Positions 23,795 through 24,105 of a stretch of 24,105 nt of DNA are shown in pieces. The DNA is from a virus (lineage: Duplodnaviria > Caudoviricetes), in IMG/VR virus record IMGVR_UViG_3300036940_000057, positions 1 to 24,105 of that record; one strand, 5' to 3'. Below the pieces are notes generated by a model that saw only the letters and a list, made by a program, of their open reading frames with translations, was not told the origin of the DNA and did not search any database. The first letter of the stretch is position 1; each line of letters begins with the position of its first letter. The position numbers were made by a program, and so were the translations under genes.

Positions 23795-24031
23795 TTGCCG
23801 TTTTTCATAAGTAAAGAAAAGTTAGACACGATTAAGCGAGATGCTAAATTCAAAGAGTTTAAGCGACTCCTTCGAGATCGTCACGACTTACTTTTAACAA
23901 TAGATACACAACAAAAAACTATTGACAGTTTGACAGATGAAGTTTATCGTCTAAAACAAATATTAATTAATAACGCTAAGGAGGTTTTAACTGCTTATGA
24001 AAATCCAACAAAATCAAAAGAAATCGGTTAA
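23795..24031 (+). CDS. Hypothetical coiled-coil protein (TTG start inferred)
   Basis: GGAG at 23781 precedes an in-frame TTG at 23795; heptad pattern. Confidence 0.6.
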   Translation: MPFFISKEKLDTIKRDAKFKEFKRLLRDRHDLLLTIDTQQKTIDSLTDEVYRLKQILINNAKEVLTAYENPTKSKEIG

Positions 24032-24080
24032 AATCACTTGCTTTTTAACCAGAAAATGTAGTATATTTAAGGGGTGAAAT

Positions 24081-24105
24081 ATGAAAGTCATAAAGGTAAC
24101 AAAAG
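24081..24105 (+). CDS. Start of a gene truncated by the window edge (MKVIKVTK...)
   Basis: AAGGGGTG SD and ATG. Confidence 0.5.

Overview
This is an AT-rich segment of a tailed dsDNA phage, most likely a siphovirus (tail tube and long tape measure, no sheath gene seen). No integrase or host genes are visible. The minus strand carries the virion genes in a permuted order: neck genes (21254-19795), then an inserted plus-strand island, then tail terminator, major tail protein, G/GT chaperones with a -1 frameshift, tape measure, tail tip, a receptor-binding protein with a 7-repeat beta-propeller, membrane/holin-like genes, portal, MuF head protein, and a ChaB/XkdF-protease fusion that the ORF track missed and that runs off the left edge. 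The plus strand carries two islands of small early-type genes (16.2-19.8 kb and 21.4-24.1 kb) driven by repeated sigma70-like promoter/leader cassettes. The most notable signals are RNA-level: three tRNAs, two of them structurally non-canonical (an 8/4 tRNA-Ser(UGA) and a short-variable-arm tRNA-Leu(UAA)); a terminator/antiterminator leader in front of a replication-initiator-like gene; a pseudoknot whose loop can pair over the chaperone RBS and start codon; a probably leaderless tail-operon promoter; and an orphan multi-hairpin RNA with an anti-SD 5' end. All family assignments come from motif recognition by eye, not from database searches.
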